Shown: in pieces, positions 30,365-38,655 of the stretch
Layout: each line of letters begins with the position of its first letter
How positions within the stretch are numbered: the stretch's first letter is position 1
IMG/VR virus record: IMGVR_UViG_3300026311_000016
Span: 5,615-69,614 of that record
Length of the DNA stretch: 64,000 nucleotides
Reading direction: 5' to 3' (one strand)
Source: a virus
Lineage: Duplodnaviria; Caudoviricetes
Notes under the pieces: generated by a model
What the model was told of the DNA's origin: nothing
Seen by the model: the letters and a program-made list of their open reading frames with translations, nothing else
Databases searched by the model: none
Program-made: the position numbers and the translations under genes

Positions 30365-30783
30365 TTCCTCTTCTCCAACCGTTTAAGTATCTTTGTCGTC
30401 AACCAGGTGTGATAATAAGCAATCGTTTCCTCTGACTCACATACCATCTTAACACCTCTGTTAATAAGAACCTTAGATACTGCATGTAATGACTCATGGG
30501 TAATAGTACCAACATCATTCGGATTGTCAATTCTAAAGTTACCGTTAGCTTCATTAAACCACACTACTATTTCACTACATATACCATTACTTACTTCGAC
30601 TGTCAACCCACTAAAGCTATCATTTATACTATCATCTCTCAGCTTATATCTCTTAAAGAAGATATCACTACACTGTTGACTATCAGCGAAGATGATAAAG
30701 AAAGACCCGAAGAATATCGGGTCCTTTACAGTGAAGCTAAACGGTGGGAGTAATTTCTGTTTCTTTTTCATTAGGTAAACCAT
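30361..30783 (-). CDS. HExxH metallopeptidase-like protein
   Basis: TITHESLH...EETIAY. Confidence 0.55.
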   Translation of the reverse strand: MVYLMKKKQKLLPPFSFTVKDPIFFGSFFIIFADSQQCSDIFFKRYKLRDDSINDSFSGLTVEVSNGICSEIVVWFNEANGNFRIDNPNDVGTITHESLHAVSKVLINRGVKMVCESEETIAYYHTWLTTKILKRLEKRK

Positions 30784-30991
30784 TCTGTATAGATGTGAGT
30801 TTATCCAAAGCTGCCTGATGTTCCTTGATTGCCAAATTAATGTAAATATTTAACAGCTCTCTGATCTTCTCTTTCTCGTCTTTCAAACCATTATCACCAC
30901 AAAACTTATACGCCGGTAACAAACTTTCTAATGTCATCCTACTCTCCCTTTCTTTTACGAAATTCTTTATCAAGTGCAGCAGAGTCTTCAC
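30737..30991 (-). CDS. hypothetical protein
   Basis: 84-aa ORF in operon. Confidence 0.4.
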   Translation of the reverse strand: MKTLLHLIKNFVKERESRMTLESLLPAYKFCGDNGLKDEKEKIRELLNIYINLAIKEHQAALDKLTSIQNGLPNEKETEITPTV

Positions 30992-31127
30992 TTGCTACGT
31001 TATATTGTTCACACTGAGTACCTTTACAACGACTTACATGCTGACAGAATGGGGTCTTGCCGCCGTTCTTACAGTGCCAGACGTAGAATGAAGCTCCACG
31101 TCTATACGTTTTCTTATGGCTGTCCAT
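30939..31127 (-). CDS. Cys-rich hypothetical protein
   Basis: 62 aa with four Cys; TAATG coupling. Confidence 0.4.
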   Translation of the reverse strand: MDSHKKTYRRGASFYVWHCKNGGKTPFCQHVSRCKGTQCEQYNVASEDSAALDKEFRKRKGE

Positions 31128-31384
31128 TATTCCTCCAGAATATCATAAGTTTTAGCAAAAATATCAGGTTTACACGGATAAAACTCACCCTTCACACCTT
31201 TGATAATGTAGTCTCCTTTACTTGCAATGTATTCGCCTTCAAGAGTTTCAATCAATAGATTTCCTCTCCTATTAACGGACCATCCAGTACTATCACCTAT
31301 AAATCTCTCCATTACTTCTATAGAATCATTATCCTCGTACCATACTTCAAAATCAACCACCACTGGTTTCTTACGAGCTTTCAT
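31127..31384 (-). CDS. conserved phage protein (KKPV...TLEG...GD.II.G..GEFYPCKPDIF type)
   Basis: recognisable widespread phage motif; RBS AGGAG. Confidence 0.7.
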   Translation of the reverse strand: MKARKKPVVVDFEVWYEDNDSIEVMERFIGDSTGWSVNRRGNLLIETLEGEYIASKGDYIIKGVKGEFYPCKPDIFAKTYDILEE

Positions 31385-31418
31385 ATCTCTTTCTCCTTAA
31401 ACGCTTAAATGAATAGGT

Positions 31419-31448
31419 AAAAAATAAACGATCCATAATCGAACCGTC
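31419..31448 (-). terminator. terminator-like hairpin starting at the predicted TSS
   Basis: GACGGTTC-gattat-GGATCGTT-TATTTTTT (with G-U pairs). Confidence 0.5.
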
Positions 31449-31454
31449 TATTAT

Positions 31455-31483
31455 AATATGTGGGATTTTTTTATAGAAGTCAA
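31455..31483 (-). promoter_or_regulatory. sigma70-like promoter, TCTATA-spacer class
   Basis: TTGACT-tctataaaaaaatccca(17)-CATATT. Confidence 0.7.
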
Positions 31484-31806
31484 GACTTATTCACCATCTG
31501 ATTGTATCGAGATATTAAGTGCTTAACATCTGTAATTAGCCCTGTTTCTATCGCTTCGTGTATAAGAATCCGTTCTCTTTCTTTCACTTCTTTATACTCA
31601 GTAACCCACTTTATCCAACTGTCACAGTCGAATACTTCTTCCTTGTTGTTGTCATCTGTATCCTCTGTAGTACCCCACTGTTTACCACACCCTTCACACG
31701 GATGAGTGATGTGTGACTTACATCCTGGGTGAGTACAGGGTTCATCCTCTAAATATTTAAACACCCTGTCATCATAGTATAACAGCTCGTCTATATTGTT
31801 ACTCAT
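31480..31806 (-). CDS. Cys/His-motif hypothetical protein
   Basis: EPCTHPGCKSHITHPCEGC. Confidence 0.55.
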   Translation of the reverse strand: MSNNIDELLYYDDRVFKYLEDEPCTHPGCKSHITHPCEGCGKQWGTTEDTDDNNKEEVFDCDSWIKWVTEYKEVKERERILIHEAIETGLITDVKHLISRYNQMVNKS

Positions 31807-32038
31807 CTGTTACCTCAATTCCGTAGATTTCCTTTATCCCTTCAACTGTCAGATACTCAGTTTTCAATATAGCCGAAGTATCTGGTTTGATGTCTTCGTT
31901 ATGTTGATTCTTTCTATCATCTAACTCTTTATCAATTACTTCCTTCAGTGTTAGAAGGAAACTTGTTGAATATTTTTTGTATTCATATCCACATGTACAT
32001 GGTGTATTCCAACATTTTTCACAATCACTTAGACTCAT
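31799..32038 (-). CDS. hypothetical protein
   Basis: MSLSDCEKCWNTPCTCG N-terminus. Confidence 0.55.
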   Translation of the reverse strand: MSLSDCEKCWNTPCTCGYEYKKYSTSFLLTLKEVIDKELDDRKNQHNEDIKPDTSAILKTEYLTVEGIKEIYGIEVTDE

Positions 32039-32047
32039 CTGTTACCT

Positions 32048-32413
32048 CTAATCATCATATTTAGTTAGGTTATCAAATGGACCGTATTCGATTCTGAGAT
32101 TCTCTTCTACCATAGAATCTTCTACCATCTGATCTAATTTTCTGTCAAACTCTATCTTCTCTAAACATTCTCTAGCTTTACGTCTTCTCCACATTTGGAA
32201 CTCTATTGTGTTGGCCATACGTTTAAACGCTTCAACTTTGTTACGATGCTGTTCTCTATAGTTTCTACATTCACCAACAGCACCGGACTCAGGATGTCTA
32301 CATCGTACACCAGATTCTGTTTTATTCTGATGTTGACCACCCTTACCACCCGATCTAAAGGTTTCAAACACACAGTCATCTCTAGTTACCGAGAATAGTA
32401 GTTGTTTACTCAT
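32048..32413 (-). CDS. stand-alone class I release-factor catalytic domain (ArfB/YaeJ/PrfH-like peptidyl-tRNA hydrolase)
   Basis: FRSGGKGGQHQNKTESGVRC.H..SG...C...R.QH.NK; no codon-recognition domain. Confidence 0.88.
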   Translation of the reverse strand: MSKQLLFSVTRDDCVFETFRSGGKGGQHQNKTESGVRCRHPESGAVGECRNYREQHRNKVEAFKRMANTIEFQMWRRRKARECLEKIEFDRKLDQMVEDSMVEENLRIEYGPFDNLTKYDD

Positions 32414-32924
32414 TCACCAGCTCCTCTGTCAGCTGTTCTTTAGCTTTGCTTACTTTGAATCTACCGCCAAGTCTGATGTTACGACCACCACAACCAGGAC
32501 ATACTTTATCCCTGATATCAAACTCAGTCTTACAATCCATACACTTGTTAGGAACCTCTTTGAATTGGTTCTTTCTTTCCATCTCTTCAAGCTCTATCTC
32601 ATAAAGATATTTACCGTTATGAACTATATTGTAGCAAGGTGAAAACATTTTGATATATTGAGCTTCTACTCTATTCAAATCCTTCCTCTTACATGATATG
32701 AATGTGTAACTAGTAAACCCTTTATCAAGGTGATCATATATTCTTCTAAGTCCATTTATCGTCTGACCTACGTATATTATCTTATCATACTTAAACAAAA
32801 AGTATATTCCAGCATTTCTTATTATTCTCTTCTTCCTGCTTAATAACTCTTCATAATTTAACAATTCGTCGGTTATTGGTTTTCTCTCTGATCTACGTCC
32901 TTTTCTGTGATTCTTCGCAGACAT
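32406..32924 (-). CDS. GIY-YIG nuclease-domain protein with a C-terminal zinc ribbon
   Basis: GIYFL...IYVGQT..G.RRI.DH, E..YI...P.YN; CMDC...CPGC. Confidence 0.75.
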   Translation of the reverse strand: MSAKNHRKGRRSERKPITDELLNYEELLSRKKRIIRNAGIYFLFKYDKIIYVGQTINGLRRIYDHLDKGFTSYTFISCKRKDLNRVEAQYIKMFSPCYNIVHNGKYLYEIELEEMERKNQFKEVPNKCMDCKTEFDIRDKVCPGCGGRNIRLGGRFKVSKAKEQLTEELVNE

Positions 32925-32969
32925 CCTGTACCCCTTCTCGAAATTGTTGTTTGTATTGTTGATATATCT

Positions 32970-32998
32970 AATATACGTTTTTATTTTATAGAAGTAAA
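32970..32998 (-). promoter_or_regulatory. sigma70-like promoter, TCTATA-spacer class
   Basis: TTTACT-tctataaaataaaaacg(17)-TATATT. Confidence 0.65.
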
Positions 32999-33144
32999 GG
33001 TAAATCTTAACACATTACTAAAATATATTGATAAAAAATTATTTTTCTATTTCAGGGTTTTGATGTCTGCTTGTCAGACTCAAAAAACCCCTACACCGGT
33101 GGGTCAACTGACAAAAAAAAATAAAATATTTTTTCCTGCACCTC

Positions 33145-33394
33145 TTTCTCTTCATTTTAAACCAAGATTATCTCACTCGGAACGTGTAGCCAGATCGGGG
33201 GAAACCTTCCATAGGAGTGCTGATTGAGAGAAAGACTGACAGACCTATGGGATCGACTCTACACGATTATCCTGTCTATACATGGGTATAAACTAACGAC
33301 CTGGTTTTCCAGCCGGAGAAGATGCTTAACTTGTAGCTGCAATACCTTATACTACGATACGGCTACGGGACTTTCACCTTATCTGCTTCTCAAT
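33145..33394 (-). ncRNA. candidate structured non-coding RNA (about 250 nt)
   Basis: own promoter; GC-richer than flanks; nested stems GAGAAG/CTTCTC, GTAGC/GCTAC, CTGG/CCAG, CAGGAT/ATCTTG, CGTGTAG/CTACACG, CCATAGG/CCTATGG; no credible ORF. Confidence 0.55.
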
Positions 33395-33400
33395 AATAAC

Positions 33401-33429
33401 AATATAACGAATAAAAGTATAGAAGTAAA
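33401..33429 (-). promoter_or_regulatory. sigma70-like promoter driving the candidate ncRNA
   Basis: TTTACT-tctatacttttattcgt(17)-TATATT. Confidence 0.65.
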
Positions 33430-33476
33430 GAAAAATCTTCTATTTTATAAATATTTCTTATTACTGCTAAATTAAT

Positions 33477-33505
33477 TTGACTTCTATAAAGTATTTAACT
33501 ATATT
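33477..33505 (+). promoter_or_regulatory. rightward sigma70-like promoter, back-to-back with 33401-33429
   Basis: TTGACT-tctataaagtatttaac(17)-TATATT. Confidence 0.7.
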
Positions 33506-33617
33506 AGTATAGAGGGGTAAGTAATTTATCTCGATTATGTTACGGGGGTAGTCTTATATACCCTTAGATGTTTAAATAATAAAATACATACCACCAACAC
33601 ACAAAATAGGAGAAATT

Positions 33618-33941
33618 ATGATTAAGTTGCCAGAGCAGTTCAAAAGAAAAGGTATGATGTATGATCTTGAAGCAAGGAATGAGTTTGTGGCGTTGTACAG
33701 AGTCACGTCTATAGAAGCTGACAGAGTAGTTGGATACGAAGTCTGGAAAATAAGAATTGCTAAAGAAAGTGAGATGTTTGGTAGAGTAATTGAAGAACAT
33801 GAGATTAGACCAACTGATGAGGACTTTGGTACATACGCATGGAGTTTCGACAGTTATGATACTGCTGTTGAATGTTATGAGAATAAATATTTTTACTATT
33901 ATTCTAAATCTATGAATGAAAAAACTATTACAACCTGCTAA
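33618..33941 (+). CDS. conserved-looking phage hypothetical protein, monocistronic
   Basis: 107 aa, RBS AGGAG, own promoter and downstream hairpin. Confidence 0.65.
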   Translation: MIKLPEQFKRKGMMYDLEARNEFVALYRVTSIEADRVVGYEVWKIRIAKESEMFGRVIEEHEIRPTDEDFGTYAWSFDSYDTAVECYENKYFYYYSKSMNEKTITTC

Positions 33942-33967
33942 TTATCTTGCTAAAACATATAACAGTG

Positions 33968-33992
33968 GGGAGGGTAAATTACCCTCTCATTT
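33968..33992 (+). terminator. possible terminator hairpin
   Basis: GGGAGGGT-aaatt-ACCCTCTC with a weak U tract. Confidence 0.4.
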
Positions 33993-34150
33993 CCTCAAAC
34001 ATATATCTCATCACCGTCAGATCTTTTAGCAGTATAGGATCATTGGTAGATGCTAAATAAGTATCTATAACATGGATACATGCTGACAGATCTCCCTGTA
34101 TAGAAGTCAGATCCTGGAATAACCTACTAAAAAATTCAATAGATAGCATA

Positions 34151-34180
34151 TTGACAACTCCTGTTAGTTAGTGGTAGGAT
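34151..34180 (+). promoter_or_regulatory. possible sigma70 promoter
   Basis: TTGACA-N18-TAGGAT. Confidence 0.4.
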
Positions 34181-34563
34181 TGGTCGGTAACATATAATCT
34201 GCTATAGTAACACACGATATGTTACTATATAAGAAGATATGTTATCATATTGATAAATATAGGTTTAGGAAGGTGAATTAAGGTAGTGGTTTATAGAAGT
34301 TGTCAGAAAAAATATGGGATATTTCTGACATAGAGTTGGTGTAAAGTGGTAGATGGTAAGAGGATATGTGTTGGAGGGTTGTATAGAAGGTGGTGATTTC
34401 TGGTGGGGATTTGTAAAGTAGGCCTCCCCCCTCGCGGCGCTCGATCGAACGTTCAAATTCACCATCGACCCAGGTCTTCCAATTCCAGCTTTTTCCGCTA
34501 TTAGAAGTCGTCGCAGTGAGACGTTAAACCACTAAAGTAAGCGTAGAGTGACACGATAGTCAC

Positions 34564-34821
34564 GATAGCCAGTTCTCAGATACTGGTAAACTATCCGGTT
34601 CATTGACAATCTTGTATGCCAGAATGGTCAGCACATTAAGTGAGCAATCACTTCCAGACCACAACTTGACAGTGAGCTTAGAGCTTGTAGCGGGTAGTCA
34701 AGGATAGGCTATTAATGACAAGCGATATCGTGTATAGTACGTTAACCTATACTTTGAGTCGTTTGGCGGTTAGCGATAAACCGCTTCTCTAATGCAACTG
34801 TAGTTAAATAACTACAATTGT
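34564..34821 (+). ncRNA. candidate structured RNA or long structured 5' leader of the early operon
   Basis: six consecutive stems including AAGTGA-GCAA-TCACTT (GNRA loop), CTTGAC/GTCAAG, GTATAG/CTATAC, GCGGTT/AACCGC, GCAACTGTAGTT/AACTACAATTGT. Confidence 0.5.
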
Positions 34822-34854
34822 CTAAAGTCAATAAATGCAGATAGGAGAGTAAAA

Positions 34855-35046
34855 ATGAAAACGAAAACAGCTATAGAGAAAATAGCAAAGGTGTTAGAGA
34901 AATCTCCCTATGCAAAGGGAGATAACATTAAGGGAGAGTTTGTTATTACCTCAGATAACAGCATTGAGTTTACACTTGGGTGCGGAACTTATCTTTTTGA
35001 TGAAATGGGTGATCTTCTTATGATGATCACCCCTAGAGAGTCTTAA
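34855..35046 (+). CDS. early hypothetical protein
   Basis: RBS AGGAG; first ORF of the early arm. Confidence 0.6.
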   Translation: MKTKTAIEKIAKVLEKSPYAKGDNIKGEFVITSDNSIEFTLGCGTYLFDEMGDLLMMITPRES

Positions 35047-35117
35047 TCCATTCTACATTAAGGTATCATTGATAAGTGAAATAATAAACAAATAATCAAA
35101 GGAGAAGGAGAGAGAAA

Positions 35118-35426
35118 ATGTGTTGTAATTTGTCGAAACAAAAGATAATCCAAATAGGGTTGACAGCATTGGTTGATGCTTGGCCAATGAAAACTTGGAA
35201 TGATTTGCCCAATGATGCACTATTGGAAATTGGACTTGCTGTAATTGAGTCCAATGAGGAGTGGGGAAAGCTAGTATATTTGTCGAGAAATGTTGACAAG
35301 ATGATAGATGAAAAACTGGAATATGACGAAAGTCTGTATTATACACGTAGCGGTAGAGGTTACGTGTATGATGATGGAGCTCACGCCCAGTATGGGGAAT
35401 TGAGCTCTATTATGACCGTGTCTTAA
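35118..35426 (+). CDS. early hypothetical protein
   Basis: 102 aa, RBS. Confidence 0.55.
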   Translation: MCCNLSKQKIIQIGLTALVDAWPMKTWNDLPNDALLEIGLAVIESNEEWGKLVYLSRNVDKMIDEKLEYDESLYYTRSGRGYVYDDGAHAQYGELSSIMTVS

Positions 35427-35452
35427 TCCTAAACATAAAATAGGAGTTAAGA

Positions 35453-35551
35453 ATGATAATATATCTTAACTGTCTATGTGACTATTGTCACATTGTAAAC
35501 AGAATTCATCAGTTTAATTTGATTGGTGAATATGTTTACGTAGGATACTAA
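35453..35551 (+). CDS. 32-aa micropeptide, copy 1 (not in track)
   Basis: MIIYLNCLCDYCHIVNRIHQFNLIGEYVYVGY; RBS TAGGAGT; paralog at 40110. Confidence 0.7.
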   Translation: MIIYLNCLCDYCHIVNRIHQFNLIGEYVYVGY

Positions 35552-35596
35552 TAGTCTTAAATAATTACTTCACACTTTCAACATGGAAGGAATCTC

Positions 35597-35779
35597 ATGA
35601 AAAGAAGGGTTACTGTCAAGGGTGATAAGGTAAGGGGAAGTAAGGAGTTCGGTATAGTGGATTATAAGAAGTCACTTAGTAGTGAGGTGATAGAGAGAAG
35701 AATTACTAACCATAATCGTAAGGTGGAAAGGGATTATCAGAGATATCAAGTTATGGGAATGAGAAAGGGAACAGTATGA
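35597..35779 (+). CDS. basic early protein
   Basis: 60 aa, RBS AAGGA. Confidence 0.5.
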   Translation: MKRRVTVKGDKVRGSKEFGIVDYKKSLSSEVIERRITNHNRKVERDYQRYQVMGMRKGTV

Positions 35780-35907
35780 TACTTTATTACTACAATAATA
35801 TACTGGTAAATAGAAATAAGATTAATTTTAATATTAGTCTTATTGGTTATGACTTTATGTGGTATAATGGAATTGATAAAGACGGTTATATTTATGTTGG
35901 ATTCTGA
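35776..35907 (+). CDS. 43-aa micropeptide, possible distant paralog of the 32-aa peptides
   Basis: MILY...VNR...FN..LIG...YIYVGF; ATGA overlap with the upstream ORF. Confidence 0.45.
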   Translation: MILYYYNNILVNRNKINFNISLIGYDFMWYNGIDKDGYIYVGF

Positions 35908-35976
35908 AAAGGGAATGTATGAATCCTGATTGTTGGAAGTGAATTAGAAACAAAAGTATTGCAAATATGCAATAAA

Positions 35977-36008
35977 GTGTCTTGAAATACCACTTAATTT
36001 CAAGACAC
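35977..36008. repeat. inverted repeat, copy 1
   Basis: GTGTCTTGAAA-taccacttaa-TTTCAAGACAC followed by ATA..GACTTATCA.TAT. Confidence 0.85.
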
Positions 36009-36081
36009 ATATAGACTTATCAGTATCCGATTATCACCAAAATTCGGGCATTTTGCCCGATTATGTTACAGGAGTAGTCTT

Positions 36082-36330
36082 ATGAAATACTATGTTCAGT
36101 TCTATAGAGCATTAGATTCAAATTCGAAAACCGAAATGCTTGGATCAGATAGCGTGTTTATTCTTGATGGAAGAAATAGTCTTCCAACAATGATTGAAGA
36201 TGCAAAAAGAAGAATACATCAATTAAAAAATATTCATGATGATATTGTTGCGTTCACCATAAATAAAGGTGAACGATTTAGCGAGTCACATATAATATAC
36301 GATTCCAAACCGGAGTTGAAAATATCTTAA
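36082..36330 (+). CDS. early hypothetical protein
   Basis: RBS AGGAGT. Confidence 0.6.
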   Translation: MKYYVQFYRALDSNSKTEMLGSDSVFILDGRNSLPTMIEDAKRRIHQLKNIHDDIVAFTINKGERFSESHIIYDSKPELKIS

Positions 36331-36388
36331 TTCATTATATATCATGGAAACTATTCTGATTTACCACATTGATTAATGGAGGCTATAT

Positions 36389-36652
36389 ATGAAACTCGTC
36401 GAAACACACGAATACAAATTTCCGTCTTATTTATTGCCGGCATTGATCAACAATGATCATGAGTCGGTAATAGATGAAGAAGACAAAGAATATTTTGAAG
36501 AGTTTGTCAATAAATTGGAGCGTTATAAAAAAGAGTATAACGCTACAGATTACAATATAGAATACGGAACAGACAGTTATTTTGCGAAAAACAACTGTTT
36601 ATCTGATGTCGGTTGTAATGTGACAGATATAAAAATTCTATTTTTAAGATAA
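36389..36652 (+). CDS. early hypothetical protein
   Basis: RBS GGAGG. Confidence 0.6.
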   Translation: MKLVETHEYKFPSYLLPALINNDHESVIDEEDKEYFEEFVNKLERYKKEYNATDYNIEYGTDSYFAKNNCLSDVGCNVTDIKILFLR

Positions 36653-36691
36653 TTACAGAAACTATAGAGATAGATTATAAGGGGGTTAATT

Positions 36692-37060
36692 ATGAAAACT
36701 TGGAAATCTTATAAAAACTATACTGGAATTGATGCATCAATTGAAGTATCTCTTTTTGAATATGGTTTGATATGGAAAAAAAATAAATATTGTGGGCAAG
36801 ATGAGTATTATTTCATATATGATACTTACTTGAAAGATGAACATGGTAATAAGCTATTCGGCTCATCATATCTATCAAAACAAGATTTGATAGATATGTT
36901 TGATGACTGGGCAAGTAAAACAGATATTGAATCTTTCACCGGACAATCTTTTGATACTTGGATAGAATCTTTCCCAAATTGCGTATATGATATGGTTCAG
37001 TATTTCGGTACTGATTTCATCTTTGGTACAGATTATAATCCGCAACCAATAAAGGAGTAA
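36692..37060 (+). CDS. early hypothetical protein
   Basis: 122 aa, RBS. Confidence 0.6.
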   Translation: MKTWKSYKNYTGIDASIEVSLFEYGLIWKKNKYCGQDEYYFIYDTYLKDEHGNKLFGSSYLSKQDLIDMFDDWASKTDIESFTGQSFDTWIESFPNCVYDMVQYFGTDFIFGTDYNPQPIKE

Positions 37061-37065
37061 CAACT

Positions 37066-37236
37066 ATGACTCTGTACACTCATCAAATTACTCTTAAACA
37101 TGATAAAGGTACTACCAAACTGACAGTAACAGGCACCAGCAAGAAAGCTAATATCAATAGCATACTGTTAGCAGAAAACTGTCCTATGTGTGCTATAATC
37201 AATATCAAACTGATAAAAAAGGAAGTGATAGAATAA
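37066..37236 (+). CDS. 56-aa early protein (not in track)
   Basis: MTLYTHQITLKHDKG...ENCPMCAI; RBS AAGGAGT. Confidence 0.6.
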   Translation: MTLYTHQITLKHDKGTTKLTVTGTSKKANINSILLAENCPMCAIINIKLIKKEVIE

Positions 37237-37238
37237 TC

Positions 37239-37267
37239 TTGCCTTACCTTTATCAACCAATTATATT
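37239..37267 (+). promoter_or_regulatory. sigma70-like promoter
   Basis: TTGCCT-N17-TATATT. Confidence 0.5.
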
Positions 37268-37304
37268 ACTGCCAGTTATTCACTTTTAATAAGGAGTTAT
37301 TATT

Positions 37305-37886
37305 ATGTATTACTCAATCAATTTCCTCAATGATAATTCAGACCATACACTGGAACAAAAAGGACGTAATAGTCTTGATAATGTTAGAGATAGACTGAAT
37401 ATGTATCTTAACCCTAATAGTCTAACCGTTGAAAAATTACTATCTGATTCAGATATGGATAGTGACATACTGGATCAAATCAAAGAAGAGAAAGAAGAAA
37501 ATAATTTATCAAATGACGATACTTTCGATATGCTTTCCAGTCCCTTACAAGATGATATAAGGGAACAATATATAGAAAGATTCAATCAGTATGGTTTATC
37601 ATTCGATTACGTAGAACTGGACAAAGATACAGAACAAGATTATTTCAGGTATCAACTATCGTATGGAGGTCCATCAGATGAAATACGATTTTATGACAAT
37701 GGTGCTATTGAATACGTATACCTTGATTGGTTTTGTGGAGTAGGGTTTGATGTTACTAATGATGGAGTATTCAAACAGATACAAGACTATCTCAAAGAAC
37801 TAGATATGCTTAACTTCGAACAGAAAAGAAGTGAATACGACTATTACGATATATTAGCAGATAAAGAAGAATCAGAAGAAGAATAA
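37305..37886 (+). CDS. highly acidic early protein
   Basis: 193 aa, D/E-rich; QLSYGGPSDE.R...YLDWF motif. Confidence 0.6.
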   Translation: MYYSINFLNDNSDHTLEQKGRNSLDNVRDRLNMYLNPNSLTVEKLLSDSDMDSDILDQIKEEKEENNLSNDDTFDMLSSPLQDDIREQYIERFNQYGLSFDYVELDKDTEQDYFRYQLSYGGPSDEIRFYDNGAIEYVYLDWFCGVGFDVTNDGVFKQIQDYLKELDMLNFEQKRSEYDYYDILADKEESEEE

Positions 37887-37914
37887 AGAAACATTTAGAA
37901 CAGGAGTAAATAAA

Positions 37915-38460
37915 ATGATAGGATATAAAGAAATAAATGGTACGTATTACCACAAACGTACATATATCATCGGATCAATCTCTCATGGAACTATGAGAGA
38001 TGTTGATTTGTTGGATAGCTTTTCAAATGCTTTGGAATATTTAGCTAAAAAGAATAAGGAGATTGATTATATAACAATATGTGTCGATGCCAGAAGATAC
38101 AGAGATTTTCTGATTGAGTATGAAGATATGCTATGGAAAGATCATCATAAAAAAATAAGAGAATCAATATTTGAAACTGTATCTTATATCATCAATGAAG
38201 ATCTGTTTGATGCTCTTAATAACTTTGCGCCGCCATACTTTTACTTCGGTTCTCATCCTGGCGATGGTTCAGATTATGGATTTTGGTTATCCGAAGATGC
38301 TATTAATTGTAGTTTTGATGGATTAGAAGTATCTGATTTATCAGAAGTACCAAAGGATTATGCGGGGGAAATACTATGGGTTAATGATCACGGTAATACT
38401 TCCCTTTATTACAAATACAGAACAAGCCAGAAACTACATGAAATTTGGAGTATAGTATGA
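37915..38460 (+). CDS. conserved phage early protein
   Basis: GSISHGTMR...FAPPYFYFGSHPGDGSDYGFW. Confidence 0.65.
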   Translation: MIGYKEINGTYYHKRTYIIGSISHGTMRDVDLLDSFSNALEYLAKKNKEIDYITICVDARRYRDFLIEYEDMLWKDHHKKIRESIFETVSYIINEDLFDALNNFAPPYFYFGSHPGDGSDYGFWLSEDAINCSFDGLEVSDLSEVPKDYAGEILWVNDHGNTSLYYKYRTSQKLHEIWSIV

Positions 38461-38655
38461 TGTATTATAATTCATTTCCGATAACAAACTATATAAAGTG
38501 GGATTGTTCCCATTTGACGAACAAATCACCTTATCAGACAAGTTTTTCTCGTCTTAGAAAAAGAAATACTAATAGAATTCAACCTAAACACATTAAAAAG
38601 AATAAACGTAAACAACAACAATTAAGCAGAAAAATCAACAGGAGTAAATAACATC

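Noticed and set aside
26-32398. Short plus-strand ORFs under the minus-arm genes (and the reverse case in the right arm)
   Set aside because: Antisense shadows of longer RBS-supported genes with no recognisable motifs
33209-33250. Hammerhead-like CTGATTGAG...GAAA between CCATAGG/CCTATGG on the plus strand
   Set aside because: The core has an extra base, there is no stem II or stem III, and promoter orientation favours the other strand
33224-33475. 83-aa plus-strand ORF across the hinge
   Set aside because: No RBS; overlaps the structured RNA candidate and two promoters
34445-34465. GTTCAAAT T-loop-like motif suggesting a tRNA
   Set aside because: No acceptor, D or anticodon arms; no tRNA or tmRNA recognised anywhere in the window
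34625-34661. GGTCAGCACA resembling the start of a c-di-GMP-I riboswitch
   Set aside because: The GCAAA and tetraloop-receptor elements are not in the required arrangement
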